Assembly: GCA_963663865.1 (NCBI GenBank)
Contig: OY760686.1
Span: forward strand, 320,001 to 384,000
DNA from: Spirochaetota bacterium
Lineage (GTDB): Bacteria > Spirochaetota > UBA4802 > UBA5550
Reading direction: 5' to 3'
DNA length: 64,000 nucleotides
Shown here: positions 59,893 to 64,000 of the stretch, one piece after another
Position numbering within the stretch: the stretch's first letter is position 1
Layout: each line of letters starts with the position of its first letter
Program-made: the position numbers and the translations under genes
The notes under the pieces: model-generated
Told to the model about the DNA's origin: nothing
Database searches by the model: none
The model's input: the letters and a program-made list of their open reading frames with translations, nothing else

Positions 59893-60890
59893 TGGATTTA
59901 AACGGTAAAAATGTCTTAGTAACCGGTTCAGAAGGCTTTATTGGAAGTCATCTGGTTGAAGAACTGTTAAAGTATGATATTAACTTAAGGGCCTTTGTAC
60001 TTTATAATTCATTCAACACATGGGGGTGGCTTGATTCCTTTAGTAAAGAACAAAAGGATAAATTTGAAATTTTTACCGGTGATGTTCGAGATCCAAATGG
60101 TGTTCGTACGGCAATGAAAAATATTGATGTGGTTTTTCATCTTGCCGCACTGATTGCTATTCCTTATAGCTATCATTCTCCAGACAGTTATGTTGATACA
60201 AATATCAAAGGGACTCTTAATATTTTACAGGCTGCAAAAGATGAAAAATGTGAAAAGGTTTTAGTGACCTCAACATCAGAGGTTTATGGAACTGCACAGT
60301 ATGTTCCAATCGATGAAAAACATCCTTTTCAGGGACAATCTCCTTATTCTGCCACAAAAATAGGAGCTGACAGAATGGCTGAATCTTTTTATCGGAGCTT
60401 TAATCTTCCAGTGGTTACTGTCAGGCCTTTTAACACCTTTGGTCCCCGGCAATCAGCAAGGGCTGTTATACCTACGATAATTACTCAATTACTTGATGGA
60501 AAAAAAGAAATTCAACTTGGCTCTTTGCATCCTACAAGAGATTTACTTTATGTTAAGGATACAGCAAAAGGTTTTATTGAGTTGGCTATGTCGAATGAAA
60601 CAATCGGTGAAGAAGTCAATATTGCAACTAACTCAGAAATTAGTATTGGCGATCTCGCTCAAAAAATTATCGACTTAATTAATCCTGAGGCAAAAATTAA
60701 AACAGATGAAATTAGATTGAGACCAGAGAAAAGTGAAGTTGAAAGATTGTTTGGGTCTAATGAAAAAATTCAAAAATTAACAAATTGGAAACCAGAATGG
60801 AATCTTGAGTCTGGTCTAAAAGAGACGATTGCATGGTTTAGTGATGAAATAAATCTTAAAAAATACAAATCAGATATTTACAATATTTAA
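59892..60890 (+). CDS. NAD-dependent NDP-sugar 4,6-dehydratase (LegB-like)
   Basis: TGSEGFIGSHL, HLAALIAIPYSY, TSTSEVYG, QSPYSATK, RPFNTFGPRQSARA. Confidence 0.85.
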   Translation: MDLNGKNVLVTGSEGFIGSHLVEELLKYDINLRAFVLYNSFNTWGWLDSFSKEQKDKFEIFTGDVRDPNGVRTAMKNIDVVFHLAALIAIPYSYHSPDSYVDTNIKGTLNILQAAKDEKCEKVLVTSTSEVYGTAQYVPIDEKHPFQGQSPYSATKIGADRMAESFYRSFNLPVVTVRPFNTFGPRQSARAVIPTIITQLLDGKKEIQLGSLHPTRDLLYVKDTAKGFIELAMSNETIGEEVNIATNSEISIGDLAQKIIDLINPEAKIKTDEIRLRPEKSEVERLFGSNEKIQKLTNWKPEWNLESGLKETIAWFSDEINLKKYKSDIYNI

Positions 60891-60903
60891 TTAGGGAAAA
60901 GAA

Positions 60904-61611
60904 ATGAGAGCTGTTATTCTTGCCGGAGGTCTCGGCACAAGGCTAAGACCGTATACAACATTAATTCCCAAACCCCTTGTTCCTATCGGGAATGAGAAGT
61001 CAATTTTAGAAATAATAATTAAACAACTGGCTGATAGTGGTTTCAAACATATAACTATCACTGTTAATCATTTGTCAAATTTAATAATGGCATTTATTGG
61101 CGATGGATCCAGGTGGAATATTAAGATTGATTATTCACTTGAAGATAAACCATTAAGTACAATTGGCCCCTTAACATTAATTGATGATTTGCCAGATAAT
61201 TTTTTAGTTATGAACGGGGATATTTTATGTAATCTTAATTATAGCGACTTTTTAAGGTATCATATCTCAAACGATAATAAAGTCAGTGTGGCAACATATA
61301 AAAGAGATTCGAAAATTGACTTCGGCGTACTTGAGTATAATGAGAAAAATGAAATTTCAGAGTTTAAAGAAAAACCGATTTATCATTTTGATGTAAGTAT
61401 GGGTATTTATACTATACATAGATCTGTTATAGAAGCAATTCCAAAGGGACAAAAATATGGTTTTGACAACCTAATGATAGATGGGCTTAACGGGAATAAA
61501 AATTATAAGGTTTACCCGTTCAATGGTTTCTGGCTTGATATTGGTCGACCTGAGGATTATGATTATTGTAATGAAAATTATGATAAGATAAAGGAAAAAC
61601 TGAACTTTTAA
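60904..61611 (+). CDS. Sugar-1-phosphate nucleotidyltransferase
   Basis: LAGGLGTRLRPYT..PKPL, VMNGD, FKEKP, WLDIGRPEDY. Confidence 0.88.
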   Translation: MRAVILAGGLGTRLRPYTTLIPKPLVPIGNEKSILEIIIKQLADSGFKHITITVNHLSNLIMAFIGDGSRWNIKIDYSLEDKPLSTIGPLTLIDDLPDNFLVMNGDILCNLNYSDFLRYHISNDNKVSVATYKRDSKIDFGVLEYNEKNEISEFKEKPIYHFDVSMGIYTIHRSVIEAIPKGQKYGFDNLMIDGLNGNKNYKVYPFNGFWLDIGRPEDYDYCNENYDKIKEKLNF

Positions 61612-62459
61612 TGAAAAAAATACTGATAACGGGAGCTTCAGGAGCATCTGGTACTGCTTTAATAGAAAAACTTAGAACCGAGGACTCCAATAATAATTTG
61701 AGTTTGTGTGATATACAAAATCCTAATGGGCAAACCAATGAAGAAAAATTTTATGAATTAGATTTAACAGATTTTAGTCAAGTTGATTCAATAATAAAAA
61801 AAATACAACCTGAAGTAATCTATAATCTAGCTGGTTCTTTTACAAATAATTATGAGATTGACTATAAAATAAATGTAGATATTCCAAGAAATCTCATTGA
61901 TTCAGTAATTATTAATAACTTATCGACAAGAATTTTATTGATTGGCAGTGCTGCGGAATATGGAGAAATTTTGAAAAATCCGGTTTCTGAATCAGATCCC
62001 CTGAGGCCAATAACAGTTTATGGTTTAACAAAAGTATATCAAACACAGATGATGAATTACTATTTTAAGGTAAAAAAAATTGATGTATTGATGGCCAGAC
62101 CCTTTAATCTCTTATCTAAAGGTATATCTAAAAATCTATTTATCGGAAGGCTGTATCATCAGATTGAACTGTATCAGAGAGGAGAAATACAAAAGATTCA
62201 ATTGGGGAATCTGGCAAATAAACGAGATTACATAAGTATACATGAAGCTGTTGAAATGTATCGGTGTATTATGGATAAGGGAAAGTCTGGAGAAGTTTAC
62301 AATGTTGGAAGTGGTAAATCCATAAGGATACAGGAACTATTGATCGACATTCTGAATTCAAAAGGATTAACTATGGATATTATTGAATCAAAAAAATTTT
62401 CAAGTAAATTTGATGTAGAAGAAATCTATGCGGACTTGAATAAATATAATAGTTTGTAG
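61611..62459 (+). CDS. NDP-4-keto-6-deoxysugar reductase (Rmd-like extended SDR)
   Basis: ITGASG, IGSAAEYG, VYGLTK (YxxxK), ARPFN, GNLANKRDY, GEVYNVGSG. Confidence 0.7.
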   Translation: MKKILITGASGASGTALIEKLRTEDSNNNLSLCDIQNPNGQTNEEKFYELDLTDFSQVDSIIKKIQPEVIYNLAGSFTNNYEIDYKINVDIPRNLIDSVIINNLSTRILLIGSAAEYGEILKNPVSESDPLRPITVYGLTKVYQTQMMNYYFKVKKIDVLMARPFNLLSKGISKNLFIGRLYHQIELYQRGEIQKIQLGNLANKRDYISIHEAVEMYRCIMDKGKSGEVYNVGSGKSIRIQELLIDILNSKGLTMDIIESKKFSSKFDVEEIYADLNKYNSL

Positions 62460-62520
62460 TTTTTCTTTAAAAATGATTGGCTTGTATTTAATTTTAAGAT
62501 TTCCTTAGCTAACCCACACA

Positions 62521-63684
62521 ATGAATAAAGTAATCATTATATCAAACAGTCCCCTTGAACAATTATCCAGAGATTTTATTCTTAATCTAAGAGTTATATC
62601 TAACATTGATTCTCCATCAATAAAGAATTCCTATGATGTTATTATAAGAGACTTGAACAGTCTGAAACTTAAAGATCTGCGCGATGCTTCCGTGATTGTT
62701 TTCAATAGAGCTGCTTTTTTCAGCAAAGCTGTTTTCCCTCTGTTGAAAGCGGCAGACAAACTGGAAATAGGTATTGTATTTGATATAGATGACTATTTGC
62801 TGGAGGTTCCAGATTACTCTGCTTCAAATTCTGCCTACCGTTCAAAAATGAGTCTTTTCGCGAAGAACATGAAATTTGCGGATGTGGTCACAGTTTCTAC
62901 AGCTGATCTTGCCTCCGAGATGAATTCTTACAGCAGCAATACAATTGTTGTTCCAAATACTCTCGAGTTAGGGAAGCTTCCCAAAAGAAAGGACTCCGCA
63001 ACAAAACCTGTCAGAATTCTGCTTTCTTCCGGCGACAATCTGAAGATACGAAGTTTCAGAGAGGATTTTTTTAAAGTAATCTCAGATGTAAAAACACGCT
63101 ATAAAAACCGTGTCGAGTTTATCCTTGTGGGACGATTTGATAATTTGATGTTAAAAGAAGGTATATTTGATAAAACCTTCCCTCATATGAAACATGAAGA
63201 ATACGGGAGATTTCTCAATAACTTAGGTGCGGATATAGCCCTTGTTCCGTTGGGTGGGAAAGAGGATCCTGAGACTTATAGAATGCACAGATGCAAGTCC
63301 AATATCAAGTTTCTGGAAAACGCCCAGTACGGGATTTGTGGAATCTATTCACAAGTGGAACCTTACTTTTCAGCAGAGAACATGGTTGACGGTCTGGTCG
63401 TTGAGAACAGCTATGCATCATGGTTTGAGGCACTTTGTTTGCTCATTGACAACGACAGACTAATAGAGAAAATACGGACAAACGCTTATATAAAGGCGGT
63501 GTCATCTTTCAGTAAAGAGGTTTCTCAACGCGCCTGGCTGCAGCTGCTTGAAAAAGCAGTTAAGAAAGGAAATCAGAAGTGTTGTTTCTCAAGCAGGTTG
63601 ATATCATCACACCTATGCTTTTTGCAATATAAAAGTTATATTTTTACGAAGAAAACTATTCGTTTTTTCCTCTCCCTAGAATAA
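62521..63684 (+). CDS. GT-B glycosyltransferase
   Basis: VFDIDDYL, ADVVTVST, VVPN, DIALVPL, CKSNIKFLE. Confidence 0.8.
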   Translation: MNKVIIISNSPLEQLSRDFILNLRVISNIDSPSIKNSYDVIIRDLNSLKLKDLRDASVIVFNRAAFFSKAVFPLLKAADKLEIGIVFDIDDYLLEVPDYSASNSAYRSKMSLFAKNMKFADVVTVSTADLASEMNSYSSNTIVVPNTLELGKLPKRKDSATKPVRILLSSGDNLKIRSFREDFFKVISDVKTRYKNRVEFILVGRFDNLMLKEGIFDKTFPHMKHEEYGRFLNNLGADIALVPLGGKEDPETYRMHRCKSNIKFLENAQYGICGIYSQVEPYFSAENMVDGLVVENSYASWFEALCLLIDNDRLIEKIRTNAYIKAVSSFSKEVSQRAWLQLLEKAVKKGNQKCCFSSRLISSHLCFLQYKSYIFTKKTIRFFLSLE

Positions 63685-64000
63685 TCTGGCATAATCTATC
63701 GAGATCAGCCTTCTGTCTCTTTGCAATCTCATGCTGCCGTTGTTTGCCGAGAATAGCGTATTTTTCATGTATGTCTCTGTCTGTATGAATCATAATCAGA
63801 CGGTTTTTTATCTCATCCTTTGAAAATGGGTTAAAATAGATAACGCTGTCTCCGCAGACCTCCATTGTTGAGGATATTGCCGAGCAAAGCACGGGTGTCC
63901 CGTGCCGCATGGCCTCAACAGGGGGATATCCAAAGCCTTCATTTAGTGTTGGATAAATAAAGGCGTACGTGTGTTTGTAGAGAGCCTCGAGCTCCCATGA
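63656..64000 (-). CDS. GT4 glycosyltransferase, C-terminal part (start outside window)
   Basis: Frame open to base 64000: ...YAFIYPTLNEGFGYPPVEAMRHGTPVLCS... Confidence 0.85.
   Translation of the reverse strand, partial: SWELEALYKHTYAFIYPTLNEGFGYPPVEAMRHGTPVLCSAISSTMEVCGDSVIYFNPFSKDEIKNRLIMIHTDRDIHEKYAILGKQRQHEIAKRQKADLDRLCQIILGRGKNE

Overview
Chromosomal replication-origin region of a diderm bacterium, most likely a Leptospirae-related spirochaete with anaerobic traits. This is inferred from a LipL71/LruA-like LysM protein, a membrane-anchored AraC, spirochaete-style lipoprotein signals and a 4Fe-4S CoA-activase. The core block on the - strand is dnaA-dnaN-recF-dciA(DUF721)-remB-like(DUF370)-gyrB-gyrA. 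The origin looks bipartite: two clusters of TTATCAACA-type DnaA boxes flank a small outer-membrane beta-barrel gene, and the distal cluster carries a DnaA-trio unwinding motif. Two parS palindromes sit inside mnmG/rsmG. parAB is absent from its usual place, and a convergent orphan m6A methyltransferase whose RBS lies in a hairpin is there instead. A nitrogen module consists of sigma54 promoter - amtB - Tyr51-less PII - TorF-like porin, next to a NifA-like GAF/AAA+ activator, with a shared ACA-N4-TGT palindrome. Housekeeping genes include ileS-lspA, lysC, xseAB, pyrF and ispD. An unannotated 29-aa membrane peptide gene has its own promoter and RBS. The last 13.5 kb is a Wzm/Wzt-dependent surface-glycan locus with an AT-rich inner block. 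No rRNA, tRNA, CRISPR array or IS element was recognised.
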